This document shows positions 51,870-63,191 of a stretch of 64,000 bases of DNA, in pieces. A program made the translations under genes and the position numbers. Source of the stretch: Bradyrhizobiaceae bacterium (lineage in GTDB: Bacteria; Pseudomonadota; Alphaproteobacteria; Rhizobiales; Xanthobacteraceae); NCBI GenBank assembly GCA_947479905.1, contig CANKBJ010000002.1, forward strand, positions 3,437 to 67,436, read 5' to 3'. The first letter of the stretch is position 1; each line of letters begins with the position of its first letter. The notes under the pieces were generated by a model. That model was not told the DNA's origin. It saw only the letters and a program-made list of their open reading frames with translations, and did no database searches.

Positions 51870-53390
51870 CTACGCGGCGCGGGTTTTCATGGTGACGAGG
51901 TCACGCAGCTCTTCCGCGCGCAATAGTGACGGCGAAAAACTGATGCCGCAATTGTCGGCGTCGGCGCGCACGATTCTTCCCTCAATCGCCTTCATGCCCG
52001 GAAAGGTCAAAGCGATCTCGCCGCCGACGGGCAAAACGCGCGTTGCGCCAATGCGGACGCCGCCTTCGCTGACATCCCGCACAGCGACCTCGCAGACCGA
52101 TCCGTCATAGTCGAGCCGGGCGCGCAGATCGACATCGTAGCGCGGATGTTCGCGCAAATCGGCGGTGACCGCGTTGCGAACGATTTCGGGTATTTCGCCG
52201 CACAAATTCAGTGAGGTCGCCTGCATGTCGATGGCGACGGTCGACACATTCTGGGCGGTCGCGCGCGAGCGCTCCACCATGCCGGCGATACCCGCCATCC
52301 GTCCGGCAACGTCGGACACGGCAGCGCTGCTCTCGCGCGCGTTGAAGCTGAAATTGGCGGTCGCGGCGCGTTGCTGTGCGACAGCCGCCGACACCGATTG
52401 GGTGACGCCGGACAGTTGATCGATAGCCTCGGCGATGCCGGACAGCGCGCCGACGGCGTCCCGCGTTGTCGACTGAATTTCGGCGACTTTGACGCCAATG
52501 CGCTGTGTCGATGCCGCCGTGCGCGTCGCCAAGGTCTTGACCTCGCCGGCGACCACAGAGAAGCCGCGCCCGGCCTCTCCGGAACGGGCCGCTTCGATCG
52601 TGGCGTTCAGCGCCAGCAGATTGGTTTGCGCCGCGATCTGATTGATGACGCCGACGATATCGCCGATCTGATCGGCGGCCTTGGCCAGCGCATCGATGGT
52701 GCTGCGCGACGCATTGGCGCGCAGCACCGCTTCGCGGCCGAGGCCGCTGCCGCGCGCAACCTGGGCTGAAATGTCGTCGATCGCCTGCATCACCTGATCG
52801 GACAGTTGGCCGGCGGCCTGATTCAGGGCGAGCGAGCTTTCGGCGGCGGCGGCGGTTTCGTCGAATGCCGCGCGCACCGCATCCAGCGCCGCCACCATAT
52901 CCTCGGCTTTGTATTGCAGCGCCGCGGCACCGTTGACGATCGGCTGAATGCCAATTTCGGTGGCCTGCTCAACCTGATGCGCCAGGCGCGACAAATGCTG
53001 CCGGCGTGTTGCCTGCCAGGATCGGTCGAGATCGTTGTGGACAAGTTCGCGGCGCTGCCGCTCACCCAGAATGTCGGCCAGCCGCTCGGTGGCGGCTTGA
53101 AGTTGCGCAAGTTCCCCACGGCTCGGCTGTGCCGGCGCGGCCTGAGCCATTTCGGCATAGGCGATGGCGTCGACTGTTGCGGCCACCTCGGCGATCGGCC
53201 GTGCGATCGACCGCGCCAGCGCACGGACCGCCAGCGCAGCCAACCCGGCAATACCGGCGGCGGCGGCTATCTGGACGGCGACAGCGTCGCCCGTCCCGGC
53301 ATACGACGCCAGCATTGGCAGCGCCACGATCGCGCCGAGCGGCGCGAGAACGGCCGCCATCAATCGTTCGACGATTGTCAGATGCCGCAT
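51870..53390 (-). CDS. Methyl-accepting chemotaxis protein with C-terminal PilZ domain
   Basis: Two TM segments, [19 protein letters not shown]...[10 protein letters not shown]; tail REHPR...DVSEGG. Confidence 0.88.
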   Translation of the reverse strand: MRHLTIVERLMAAVLAPLGAIVALPMLASYAGTGDAVAVQIAAAAGIAGLAALAVRALARSIARPIAEVAATVDAIAYAEMAQAAPAQPSRGELAQLQAATERLADILGERQRRELVHNDLDRSWQATRRQHLSRLAHQVEQATEIGIQPIVNGAAALQYKAEDMVAALDAVRAAFDETAAAAESSLALNQAAGQLSDQVMQAIDDISAQVARGSGLGREAVLRANASRSTIDALAKAADQIGDIVGVINQIAAQTNLLALNATIEAARSGEAGRGFSVVAGEVKTLATRTAASTQRIGVKVAEIQSTTRDAVGALSGIAEAIDQLSGVTQSVSAAVAQQRAATANFSFNARESSAAVSDVAGRMAGIAGMVERSRATAQNVSTVAIDMQATSLNLCGEIPEIVRNAVTADLREHPRYDVDLRARLDYDGSVCEVAVRDVSEGGVRIGATRVLPVGGEIALTFPGMKAIEGRIVRADADNCGISFSPSLLRAEELRDLVTMKTRAA

Positions 53391-53485
53391 GCTTCACCTT
53401 GAGCGCGTTCGCCATAACCGGCGGATTGACCAAGTGAAAGTCGTCCGCCAGCCTGCCGATGCATAGAACTCTAGGCCTGACGTAG

Positions 53486-53512
53486 TTAATCGCAAGTTTA
53501 CGATTCCTTTAC
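53486..53512. promoter_or_regulatory. CtrA-like repeats upstream of the MCP gene
   Basis: TTAA-N7-TTTA-N7-TTTAC with 11-bp periodicity. Confidence 0.5.
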
Positions 53513-53712
53513 TATCGGTTTCCGCAAATCCGGCCGCCGCCCGGATCGCGGCCTAATCCAGCCATATCGGTCAATCGCAGCCGCTGAACGGCTGACTTAC
53601 CTCGAAAAGCTACGAATTTGGCCATTGACGGATTGCGGCCATATTCGTTTAAGTGGACTCGTGGGGACGACAAAAATCTTAAGGCCGGTATACCGGAGCT
53701 CCGGGAGGGGAC

Positions 53713-54252
53713 GTGAAAGGGTTGCTATCTTTCAGTCGCGCAGTCGACTGGTTCAATTCCCAATTTGCCGTCGTGGCCAATATATTGGTGTTGCTCGCCT
53801 GTCTCATCAGCGCCGGCAACGCTTTCAGCCGCTATCTGTTCAGCGAAAGCTCGAACGGCTGGCTTGAAATTCAATGGTACATGTTCGCCGGCATGGTGCT
53901 GCTCGGCGCGCCCTATACACTCAAAATGAACGAGCATGTCCGCGTCGATCTCGTCTACGGCATGGCGTCCGAGCGCACGCAGATTTGGATCGATATTGTC
54001 GGCGGCATTCTTTTCCTGCTGCCTATTTGTGTGATCCTGACTTATTTCACCTGGCCGTGGTTTGTGGAATCGTGGCTTGGCAATGAGCAATCATCGAATG
54101 CCGGCGGCCTGATCCGCTGGCCGGTCAAGCTCATGCTGCCGCTCGGGTTCGCCTTGATGGCGCTGCAAGGCATTTCGGAAATCATCAAGCGCATCGCCGC
54201 GCTCGAGCACGTCATCGATATCGAATTCAAATACGAAAAGCCCCTCCAATGA
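53713..54252 (+). CDS. dctQ: TRAP transporter small permease
   Basis: Four TM segments, EIQWY, HVRVD. Confidence 0.92.
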   Translation: MKGLLSFSRAVDWFNSQFAVVANILVLLACLISAGNAFSRYLFSESSNGWLEIQWYMFAGMVLLGAPYTLKMNEHVRVDLVYGMASERTQIWIDIVGGILFLLPICVILTYFTWPWFVESWLGNEQSSNAGGLIRWPVKLMLPLGFALMALQGISEIIKRIAALEHVIDIEFKYEKPLQ

Positions 54253-55664
54253 GCATAATCCGCGACAACATGGCGCCCCTGATGTTTGGGGGAATGGTCC
54301 TATTTATGCTCATCGGCTATCCGGCCGCGTTCTCGCTTGCCGCGACCGGTTTGTTCTTCGGGTTCATTGGTATTGAACTTGGACTGATCGCACCGCAGTT
54401 TCTTGGCAATCTTACCTATCAGCTGTTCGGCATCGTCTCGAACGATCTCTTGCTGGCGATTCCGTTCTTCACCCTGATGGGCGCCATTCTAGAGCGATGC
54501 GGGCTCGCCGAAGACCTGCTCGATTCGATCGGACAGTTATTCGGCCCGGTTCGCGGCGGCATGTCCTACGCGGTTATCTTCGTCGGCGCCATTCTCGGTG
54601 CGATTACCGGCACAGTCGCGGCTTCCGTCATCGCCATGGGCGTGATCTCGATGACGCCCATGCTCAAATACGGCTATTCGACGCGGCATACGATGGGCGT
54701 CATCGCCGCATCCGGCACCATAACCCAGCTCATCCCGCCGTCGCTGGTTCTCGTCGTGCTGGCCGACCAGCTTGGCCGCTCGGTCGGCGACATGTACGCG
54801 GGCGCCATCGGGCCCAGCGTCATTCAGGTCGCGCTGTTCTGCATCTGGGTGTTTATCGTCAGCATCATCTGGCCGAACGACGTGCCGGCATTGCCGATGG
54901 AGGCCCGCACGCTGCGCGGCTGGCAACTCTGGAAGAAATGTCTGCGCGGCATGATCCCGTCGCTCGGGCTGATCTTCCTTGTGCTCGGCACGATTTTCAT
55001 GGGCCTCGCCACACCGTCCGAAGCGGGCGCGATGGGCGTGGTCGGCGCGATCGCGCTGGCCGCCTTCTATGGCACGCTGAACTGGACCCTGCTCTATCAG
55101 GGCATGGCGACCACGATGCGCCTCACGGCGATGGTGGTTTTCATCCTGATCGGCGCGCGCGTGTTCAGCCTCGTCTTCCAGGGCGTCGGCGGTAAGGAAT
55201 GGATCGAACACTTGTTGACCGCCCTTCCGGGCGGACAAGTCGGCTTCCTCATCTTCGTCAACATTTTCATCTTTGTGGTGGCGTTCTTTCTCGACTTCTT
55301 CGAGATCGCCTTCATCCTCATTCCGCTGCTGGCGCCAGCCGCCGACAAACTCGGCATCGATCTGATCTGGTTCGGCGTTTTGATCTGCGCCAACATCCAG
55401 ACCAGCTTCATGCATCCACCGTTCGGTTTCGCGCTGTTTTATTTGCGCGGTATCGCGCCCAAATCGATAAAGACGTCCGACATATATTGGGGCGCCATTC
55501 CGTGGGTGTTCCTGCAAGTCATCCTGGTGGTCATTCTGATTTTCTGGCCGCAGTCGGTGACCTACTTCCTCGACAAAAAGAGCGACGTCGATCCAAGTAC
55601 CGTCAAGATCGATATTCCGCAGATCGAATTGCCGGCGCTCGACTTCGGGCCGCCCAAGAACTGA
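54249..55664 (+). CDS. dctM: TRAP transporter large permease
   Basis: LAIPFF, LIPPS, TPSEA, PPFG; ATGA overlap with dctQ. Confidence 0.94.
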   Translation: MSIIRDNMAPLMFGGMVLFMLIGYPAAFSLAATGLFFGFIGIELGLIAPQFLGNLTYQLFGIVSNDLLLAIPFFTLMGAILERCGLAEDLLDSIGQLFGPVRGGMSYAVIFVGAILGAITGTVAASVIAMGVISMTPMLKYGYSTRHTMGVIAASGTITQLIPPSLVLVVLADQLGRSVGDMYAGAIGPSVIQVALFCIWVFIVSIIWPNDVPALPMEARTLRGWQLWKKCLRGMIPSLGLIFLVLGTIFMGLATPSEAGAMGVVGAIALAAFYGTLNWTLLYQGMATTMRLTAMVVFILIGARVFSLVFQGVGGKEWIEHLLTALPGGQVGFLIFVNIFIFVVAFFLDFFEIAFILIPLLAPAADKLGIDLIWFGVLICANIQTSFMHPPFGFALFYLRGIAPKSIKTSDIYWGAIPWVFLQVILVVILIFWPQSVTYFLDKKSDVDPSTVKIDIPQIELPALDFGPPKN

Positions 55665-55697
55665 TCGGGCGGGTTTGAAGGTCTCGCCCGCATCGGC

Positions 55698-55740
55698 AAA
55701 AAAATAACCCCGGAGCCTCGCGGCTCCGGGGTTTTTCTTT
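55698..55740. terminator. Bidirectional rho-independent terminator
   Basis: A-tract, AACCCCGGAGCC/GGCTCCGGGGTT stem, T-tract, between convergent genes. Confidence 0.88.
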
Positions 55741-55751
55741 CAGCGCGAAGA

Positions 55752-56837
<1,086 letters not shown>

Positions 56838-57029
56838 TCGGATATCCTCCCATGTGATGATTTTATAGCCGGTGCCCCTTCGCACCTGCCGCGCACCCGT
56901 GATTCCCACGCGGGCACTTGGCAAAGACCATGACGGACCCTGCCCCCTAAATCCAGTGTGCAACGCTTCGACGAAAGTTGTAAGAGGAAATTTTTGCCGA
57001 AGAAACCGGCAGGCCTGTCGAAATGGCGC

Positions 57030-57064
57030 AAAAAAGCCCGCCCGGAGAGGCTCCGGGCGGGCTC
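57030..57064 (-). terminator. Rho-independent terminator of the upstream dctP copy
   Basis: AGCCCGCCCGGAG/CTCCGGGCGGGCT stem with a T6 tract on the minus strand. Confidence 0.85.
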
Positions 57065-57083
57065 TATGAATCGGGCTCTGCGA

Positions 57084-58172
57084 TCAGCCGTGCGAGCGCA
57101 TGCGCACCATGAAGGCGTCGAAGCCGAGTTCGGCCACCTGCCACCATAGATATTCGTCGCCGCGGAATGCGACCATGCTGTCATAGACCTTCTTGAAGTC
57201 GGCGTTCTTGGCGCTGACGTCGGCGTAGGTGTCGGTGGCGGCCTTGTAGCTCGCCTCCATCACCGGCAGCGGGAACGGGCGCAACTGCGCGCCGCCGGCG
57301 ACCAGCCGCTTGAGCGCCAGCGGATTGCCGGCATCGTATTTGGCCAGCATCCAGTTATGCGCCTGCGCCGAGGCGGCCTTGACGATCGCTTGGTAGCTTT
57401 TCGGCAGTGCGTTCCACTTATCGAGATTGATGAAGTTGTGCAGCATGGCGCCGCCTTCCCACCAGCCCGGATAGTAGTAGTACTTGGCGACCTTGTAGAA
57501 GCCGAGCTTCTCGTCGTCATAGGGGCCGACCCATTCGGCCGCGTCGATGGTGCCCTTCTCCAGCGCCGGATAGATATCGCCGCCGGCAACCTGCTGCGGC
57601 ACCGCGCCCATCCTGGAGAAGATCTGGCCGGCCAGACCGGCGATGCGGAATTTCAGGCCTTTGATGTCATCGACATTGGCGATTTCCTTGCGGAACCAGC
57701 CGCCCATCTGCGTGCCGGTGTTGCCGGCCGGGAACCCAATGAAGTTGTACTTTTTAAAGAAGCTGTCGGCGAGCTGCTGCGCGCCGCCGAATTCCATCCA
57801 GGCCGACTGCATGCGGGCATTCAGGCCGAAAGGCTGCGCGGTGAACAGCGAGAAGGTCGGATCCTTGCCGACATAATAGTAGGACGCGGTGTGCGCCATT
57901 TCGACGGTGCCATTCTGCACCGCGTCGGCGGCCTGCAGGCCGGGCACGATTTCGCCGGCGGCGAAGGTCTGGATCTGGAACTTGCCGTCGGTCGCCTCAG
58001 ACACGGCTTTGGCGAAAACTTCGCTCGCGCCGAAGATGGTATCGAGCGACTTCGGGAAACTCGAGGTCAGACGCCACTTCACTTCGGGGCTGGATTGCGC
58101 GATCGCGGGCTTGGCGATCGCGGTCGCAGCCAGGCCAAGGCCTGCCGCGCCAATAAATTGCCGGCGTTTCAT
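57084..58172 (-). CDS. dctP: TRAP substrate-binding protein (TakP-like), paralog
   Basis: Same motifs as 55752-56837. Confidence 0.93.
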   Translation of the reverse strand: MKRRQFIGAAGLGLAATAIAKPAIAQSSPEVKWRLTSSFPKSLDTIFGASEVFAKAVSEATDGKFQIQTFAAGEIVPGLQAADAVQNGTVEMAHTASYYYVGKDPTFSLFTAQPFGLNARMQSAWMEFGGAQQLADSFFKKYNFIGFPAGNTGTQMGGWFRKEIANVDDIKGLKFRIAGLAGQIFSRMGAVPQQVAGGDIYPALEKGTIDAAEWVGPYDDEKLGFYKVAKYYYYPGWWEGGAMLHNFINLDKWNALPKSYQAIVKAASAQAHNWMLAKYDAGNPLALKRLVAGGAQLRPFPLPVMEASYKAATDTYADVSAKNADFKKVYDSMVAFRGDEYLWWQVAELGFDAFMVRMRSHG

Positions 58173-58382
58173 TTCAATGTCACTCCAGATTTTGCAGGAT
58201 TTCGCAGGTGAGTGTTATCGTCGAGGGCCGACGAAACGGCCTTGTGCAAAGCACGGCCGGCGCGGCGGTGACCAGCGCCAAGGCTGCATTGCTTGCATGC
58301 GAGGCGCGCACGCACTCTTCGCGCGCGTTCATCAAGTTAATTGATGGAAAATTCGTCGCGCGCCAATACCGGAAACGACGCC

Positions 58383-59603
58383 TTACGCCTCGATCACGAT
58401 CTTCGGCGCGGCGCGGCCCGCCGATGCGCCGCCCCTGATCTCGGCCAGCACCTTGGCGGCGATGTCGCGATAGATTTTGGCGTGCGGGCCGTCCGGTTCC
58501 GTCGCCACCACCGGCAGGCCGGCATCCGACTTTTCGCGGATGGTCATATGCAGCGGCACCTCGCCGAGGAACGGAACGCCGAGACGTTCCGCCTCGTGCC
58601 GCGCGCCGCCATGCGCGAAAATGTCGGAGCGCGTGCCGCATTCCGGGCACAGGAAGTAGCTCATGTTCTCGACCACGCCGAGCACCGGCACGTTGACGCG
58701 CTTGAACATGGCGACGCCGCGCCGCGCATCGAGCAGCGCCAGATCCTGCGGCGTCGAGACGATCACCGCGCCCTTGAGCGGCACCTGCTGCGCCATGGTC
58801 AATTGCGCATCACCGGTGCCGGGCGGCATGTCGACCACCAAGATGTCGAGCTTGCCCCATTCGACGTCGCGCAGCATCTGCGTGATCGCCGAGATCACCA
58901 TCGGCCCGCGCCAGATCATCGGTGTCTCTTCGTCGATCAGGAAACCGATCGACATGATTTTCAAGCCGTAGCGTTCAATCGGCTTTAGCCGCGTGCCGCC
59001 GACGGTTTCCGGCTTTTCCCTGATGGCGAACAGCTTCGGCAATGACGGTCCGTAAATATCGGCGTCGAGCATGCCGACCTTCAGGCCCTGATCGCGCAGA
59101 CCCAGTGCGAGATTGACCGCCGTGGTCGATTTGCCGACGCCGCCTTTGCCGGAGGCGACGGCGATGACCGCGTCGATGCCGGGAATGCCCGGCAGCACCT
59201 TGTCGGTCGGATGCGCGTGCGTGTGACCTTGCGGTCCATGGGTATGGCCGGCATGTCCAGCCCCCGCGGGGCCGCCGCCGCCGGACTCGCGCGCCGGAGC
59301 GCCGGCCGCGCGGTTGGCCGCGCCATGCGAGGGCTGCGGTCCGCGCGAGGCGCCGGCGGCGCGCTCGGCCGTCAACGCCACAAGCGCCGACACCACACCC
59401 GGAACGGCCTTGACCGCCGCCTCGGCCGCGTTGCGCACCGGCTCCCAGGCCTTGACCGTCGCTGCATCGACCGACACGGAAAAGAACACCTTGCCATCGC
59501 TGACGACGACGTCGGACAGGACCCCGGCCTCGGTGAGAGGCTGGCCATTGGGCGCGGCCACCTTGGCCAGCGCGCCGAGAACCTGTTCCTTGGAAACCGC
59601 CAT
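58383..59603 (-). CDS. apbC: Mrp/ApbC Fe-S cluster carrier ATPase
   Basis: GKGGVGKST, DADIYGPS, DMPPGTGD, ENMS..CPEC. Confidence 0.94.
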   Translation of the reverse strand: MAVSKEQVLGALAKVAAPNGQPLTEAGVLSDVVVSDGKVFFSVSVDAATVKAWEPVRNAAEAAVKAVPGVVSALVALTAERAAGASRGPQPSHGAANRAAGAPARESGGGGPAGAGHAGHTHGPQGHTHAHPTDKVLPGIPGIDAVIAVASGKGGVGKSTTAVNLALGLRDQGLKVGMLDADIYGPSLPKLFAIREKPETVGGTRLKPIERYGLKIMSIGFLIDEETPMIWRGPMVISAITQMLRDVEWGKLDILVVDMPPGTGDAQLTMAQQVPLKGAVIVSTPQDLALLDARRGVAMFKRVNVPVLGVVENMSYFLCPECGTRSDIFAHGGARHEAERLGVPFLGEVPLHMTIREKSDAGLPVVATEPDGPHAKIYRDIAAKVLAEIRGGASAGRAAPKIVIEA

Positions 59604-59777
59604 GCTCGTCATCCTTCAAGCCCACCGGGCGCCACCATAGGCATGCGCCCGGGCGGGTCAATCCGGTCAGAAGTGCCGGCCAAAGGGTGGTTGACGGCGA
59701 TGCCCCGGCAATGACCTATTGCGCCCTGAATTCGCACAAAGCGGCCGCACCGGGCCGGACTTCCAGGGAGAAAAACG

Positions 59778-60650
59778 ATGGCGAAGGTTGCATTTCTGGG
59801 CTTGGGCGTCATGGGCTATCCGATGGCCGGCCATCTCAAGACCAAAGGCGGCCACGAGGTGACGGTCTATAACCGCACCTTCGCCAAGGCCGAGAAATGG
59901 GTCGCGCAGTTTGGCGGCAAGGCGGCCAAGACGCCGAAGGAAGCGGCGACCGGCCAGGACTTCGTCATGTGCTGCGTCGGCAACGACAATGACCTGCGCG
60001 AAGTCACGCTCGGCCCCGATGGCGGCTTTGCCGGCATGGGTAAAGGTACAATTTTTGTCGACCACACCACCGCCTCGGCCGAGATCGCGCGCGAACTCTA
60101 CGCCGCGGCGACCAAAGGCGGCTTCGGCTTCATCGACGGTCCGGTGTCGGGCGGACAGGCCGGCGCCGAGAACGGCGTCTTGACCGTGATGTGCGGCGGC
60201 GACGCCGCCGTATTCGACAAGGCCAAGCCCGTGATCGACGCTTACGCGCGCGCCTGCAATCTGATGGGCGCGCCCGGCTCCGGCCAGCTCGCCAAGATGG
60301 TCAACCAGATCTGCATTGCCGGACTCGTTCAGGGCCTGTCCGAAGGTCTGCACTTCGCCAAGAAAGCCGGCCTCGATATCGAGAAACTGGTGGCGACGAT
60401 TTCCAAAGGCGCGGCGCAGTCGTGGCAGATGGAAAACCGTTACAAGACCATGGCGGCCGACAAGTTCGATTTCGGTTTCGCCGTCGACTGGATGCGCAAG
60501 GACCTCAGCATCTGTCTCGGCGAAGCGCGCAAGAACGGCGCGCACCTTCCCGTCACCGCTCTGGTCGATCAGTTCTATGCCGAAGTGCAGACGATGGGCG
60601 GCAAGCGCTGGGACACGTCGAGCCTGATCGCGCGGCTGGATCGGAAGTAA
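59778..60650 (+). CDS. NAD(P)-dependent beta-hydroxyacid dehydrogenase family protein
   Basis: GLGVMG, DGPVSGG, KMVNQ, KDL. Confidence 0.92.
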   Translation: MAKVAFLGLGVMGYPMAGHLKTKGGHEVTVYNRTFAKAEKWVAQFGGKAAKTPKEAATGQDFVMCCVGNDNDLREVTLGPDGGFAGMGKGTIFVDHTTASAEIARELYAAATKGGFGFIDGPVSGGQAGAENGVLTVMCGGDAAVFDKAKPVIDAYARACNLMGAPGSGQLAKMVNQICIAGLVQGLSEGLHFAKKAGLDIEKLVATISKGAAQSWQMENRYKTMAADKFDFGFAVDWMRKDLSICLGEARKNGAHLPVTALVDQFYAEVQTMGGKRWDTSSLIARLDRK

Positions 60651-60657
60651 CTGGCTA

Positions 60658-60790
60658 TGTCGTCCCCGCGCAGGCGGGGACCCATAACCTCTGGCGTTTC
60701 GGATAGGCGAAGTCGAAAAAGCGAGTCCACTTCGACTGTGCCTCAATCTTTCTGTACGGCGTATGGGTCCCCGCCTGCGCGGGGACGACA
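60658..60790. repeat. REP/MITE-like element, family A
   Basis: Perfect 29-bp terminal inverted repeat TGTCGTCCCCGCGCAGGCGGGGACCCATA. Confidence 0.9.
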
Positions 60791-60819
60791 AGACGCGCGT
60801 CATCGCCCGTATTCTTTGT

Positions 60820-61345
60820 GAAGGCGCCGGGCACGCCCTTATTCCAAAGCGCATTCCCATCTTCGCCCCCAAAACGAGGGCGCGCGGAACGCCGGGGTCA
60901 CAACAACCCCGTAACCCTGTGTACGTGTTTGTTTAGAAGTACACAGGCATCGTCGTCACGCAGTTGCCGGATCTCCCGGCGCTCCGCGCGCGGTGTTTGA
61001 GGCTTGCTCCGCTTGCCCCCCGGTGGACTGACCTTTTCAGGCTTCCTCTTGCTTTAGGACATGCCTATCCACCGCTGCGGGGTTTCCTGGTGCGTAGCGA
61101 GGAAGCTTCCTCGCCTTCGGTGCCGGTTGGCTCTGGTATCGAGCTTTCCGGCGGCCGAAGGCTTCTGCCCCTTTGGCCACGCGCCATTCCGCCCCAGTGA
61201 TGCGCGGCTGGCGCATCGGGACCAAGCGGCTTGGACCGCTGACCGGGTGTTTGCGTCGCATCTCCAACGCCCCGACCAGCCACCGCTCCCCGCCCCAGCA
61301 TCTGACGACGCTGATCAAACGCACCTCGTTAGATGGGACGGGATA
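60820..61345 (-). ncRNA. Candidate large structured ncRNA or structured repeat element, ~520 nt
   Basis: At least eight stems, including a 17-bp long-range pair; promoter at 61351-79; no credible ORF. Confidence 0.6.
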
Positions 61346-61350
61346 AAGCG

Positions 61351-61379
61351 CATTTAATCCTAGAGCAATGAACAGTCAA
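61351..61379 (-). promoter_or_regulatory. Putative sigma70 promoter driving the structured element
   Basis: TTGACT-N17-TAAATG with an AT-rich upstream tract at 61381-61430. Confidence 0.55.
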
Positions 61380-61515
61380 GAGATTATTTGAATTAATTCC
61401 TTAGTTTCCGCGTCGTCTATTTTCTATTGCTATCACAATGGCTTATGGAGCAGCGTCGTGCAAACGGAGCCGGCGCGGTCAACAAACAAGGGCGGGCGCG
61501 AGCGGCCACCCTGCT

Positions 61516-62265
61516 TCAGATGGCAAGCGCCAGGCCGTCTTCCGCCACCAGCACGCCTTCAGCTTTGGCGTCGCCCGTCTTCGCCAGCATGGTGTCGTTC
61601 ATGTGCGTGATCATGATCCGCTTCGCGTGTAATTCGCCGAGCCGGGCTTTAAGGATTTCCCAGCTTATATGGCCGGTCATTTTCGAGCCGGCGAAGGCGT
61701 AGCATTCGCAGATGAACAGGTCGGCGTCGCGCGCAATGGGGATGAGCGCGTCGGTCCATTCGGTGTCGCCGGAATAGGCGAAGGTCTTGCTGCCGTCGCC
61801 GATGCGCAGCGCCGTCGACGGCGCGCCCGATTGGTGGATCACCTCGGCGGTGCGCACCGTGTGTCCGAGAACGTCCGTCTCGATGCCGACGCCGATTTCC
61901 ACAACCTGCCATTGGAAGCGCCATTTGATGCCGGTCTTCGATTTGGGAAAGCAGGCTTCCAGCAGCGTATCGACACGCTCCCGCGTCCCCGGCGGCCCTG
62001 CGATCGTCAACGGCTTTTCGCGCTTTGCCAAAAACTGCGCATGCAGCAGGAGAAACGGCAGGCCGCCGAAATGATCGCCATGCAGATGCGACAGCACGAC
62101 GGCGTCGATGCGGTTGGCGTCGATCTTTTGCGCGTTCAGCGCGGTCATCGACGAGGCGCCGCAATCGACCAGCAAGGTCGCCTTCGCGGTCTCCAGCATG
62201 AAGCAGGTGTTGTAACGGCCGCCGGAGCCAAAGGCGTCGCCGCAGCCGATGATGGTGAGGTGCAT
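61516..62265 (-). CDS. MBL-fold metallohydrolase (RNase Z-like)
   Basis: SHLHGDHFGG, YSGDT, ITH; AAGGAGA RBS. Confidence 0.9.
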   Translation of the reverse strand: MHLTIIGCGDAFGSGGRYNTCFMLETAKATLLVDCGASSMTALNAQKIDANRIDAVVLSHLHGDHFGGLPFLLLHAQFLAKREKPLTIAGPPGTRERVDTLLEACFPKSKTGIKWRFQWQVVEIGVGIETDVLGHTVRTAEVIHQSGAPSTALRIGDGSKTFAYSGDTEWTDALIPIARDADLFICECYAFAGSKMTGHISWEILKARLGELHAKRIMITHMNDTMLAKTGDAKAEGVLVAEDGLALAI

Positions 62266-62277
62266 TAATGTCTCCTT

Positions 62278-62393
62278 ATCCCTCCCCGTCTTCGGGGAGG
62301 GTGGCGAACGAAGTGAGCCGGGTGGGGCGAGCCAAACCCCACCCGGCTCCGCGCTTATCGCGCGGAGCCACCCTCCCCTTTCAGGGGAGGGAT
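62278..62393. repeat. MITE/REP-like palindromic element, family C
   Basis: Ends ATCCCTCCCC/GGGGAGGGAT, terminal hairpins and an inner GAGCCGGGTGGGG/CCCCACCCGGCTC stem; abuts the GST stop. Confidence 0.85.
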
Positions 62394-63004
62394 CAAGCCT
62401 TCGCGCTCGGTCTTGCCGACACCGCCGCGTGCCAGCGTTTCACGTTGGCGAGGTTCTCCGGCATGACAAGCCGCGCCGGCTTCATGAAGTCGACCGCGCA
62501 CAAGGTCGTGATGTCGGCGACCGAATATTTGTCGCCGGCGATGAATTCGCGCCCCGCCAGCTCCTTGTCGATGAGTTCAAGAAACCAGATCGCCTTCGGC
62601 CGCATCGCTTCTGCATAGGCCGGCACCTGCGGAACCTCAAAGTCCTTCATCGCCGGATGCAGATGGCGAAACACCGCCGCGACATTGGCAAAGAAATTGA
62701 TCTCGCAGCGCCTGTTCCACATCTCGACCAGCGCGATCTCCTTCGCGCCCTCGCCGAACAAAGCCGGTTGCGGCTGCAGCACCTCGAAATAGCGGCAGAT
62801 CGCCATCGACTCGGTGATGACGGTGCCGTCGTCCAGAACCAAAGCCGGCATGCGCTGGAACGGATTGAGCGCGGTGTATTCTGGCGTGCGGTGCTGGAAG
62901 GTCGTCATGTCGACCTGCTCGGTCGGCAAGGTGATGCCCTTTTCGGCGAGGAAAATTCGGGTGCGGCGCGGATTGGGCGCGGTTTTGGTGTCGTACAGCT
63001 TCAT
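62393..63004 (-). CDS. Glutathione S-transferase
   Basis: APNPRR, NPFQRMPAL, ESMAICRY, SVADI. Confidence 0.9.
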   Translation of the reverse strand: MKLYDTKTAPNPRRTRIFLAEKGITLPTEQVDMTTFQHRTPEYTALNPFQRMPALVLDDGTVITESMAICRYFEVLQPQPALFGEGAKEIALVEMWNRRCEINFFANVAAVFRHLHPAMKDFEVPQVPAYAEAMRPKAIWFLELIDKELAGREFIAGDKYSVADITTLCAVDFMKPARLVMPENLANVKRWHAAVSARPSAKA

Positions 63005-63191
63005 AATTTCGCCTCCCCGGCCGTTTTAGATGGCAGCAACCGAACACAGTCCAAATTGCCTGTCAAAGTCATGGTTAATAGTTGTTAACCGCGGTGGAAG
63101 ACAAACCTTCAGGGCCGGTCAACTTAAGCAAGGCCTTAAGGAATTTGAGCGACTTTGCGGCAGGTTCCATGCGTAACGGCGTACCCCTTTC

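Noticed and set aside
60818-61357. Short ORFs of 60-98 aa in the structured gap, and identification as RNase P, tmRNA, cobalamin riboswitch or group II intron
   Set aside because: The ORFs lack recognisable motifs and overlap each other. GAGGAAAGUCC, tRNA-like ends and a domain V motif were not found by eye. A formal Rfam scan is still needed
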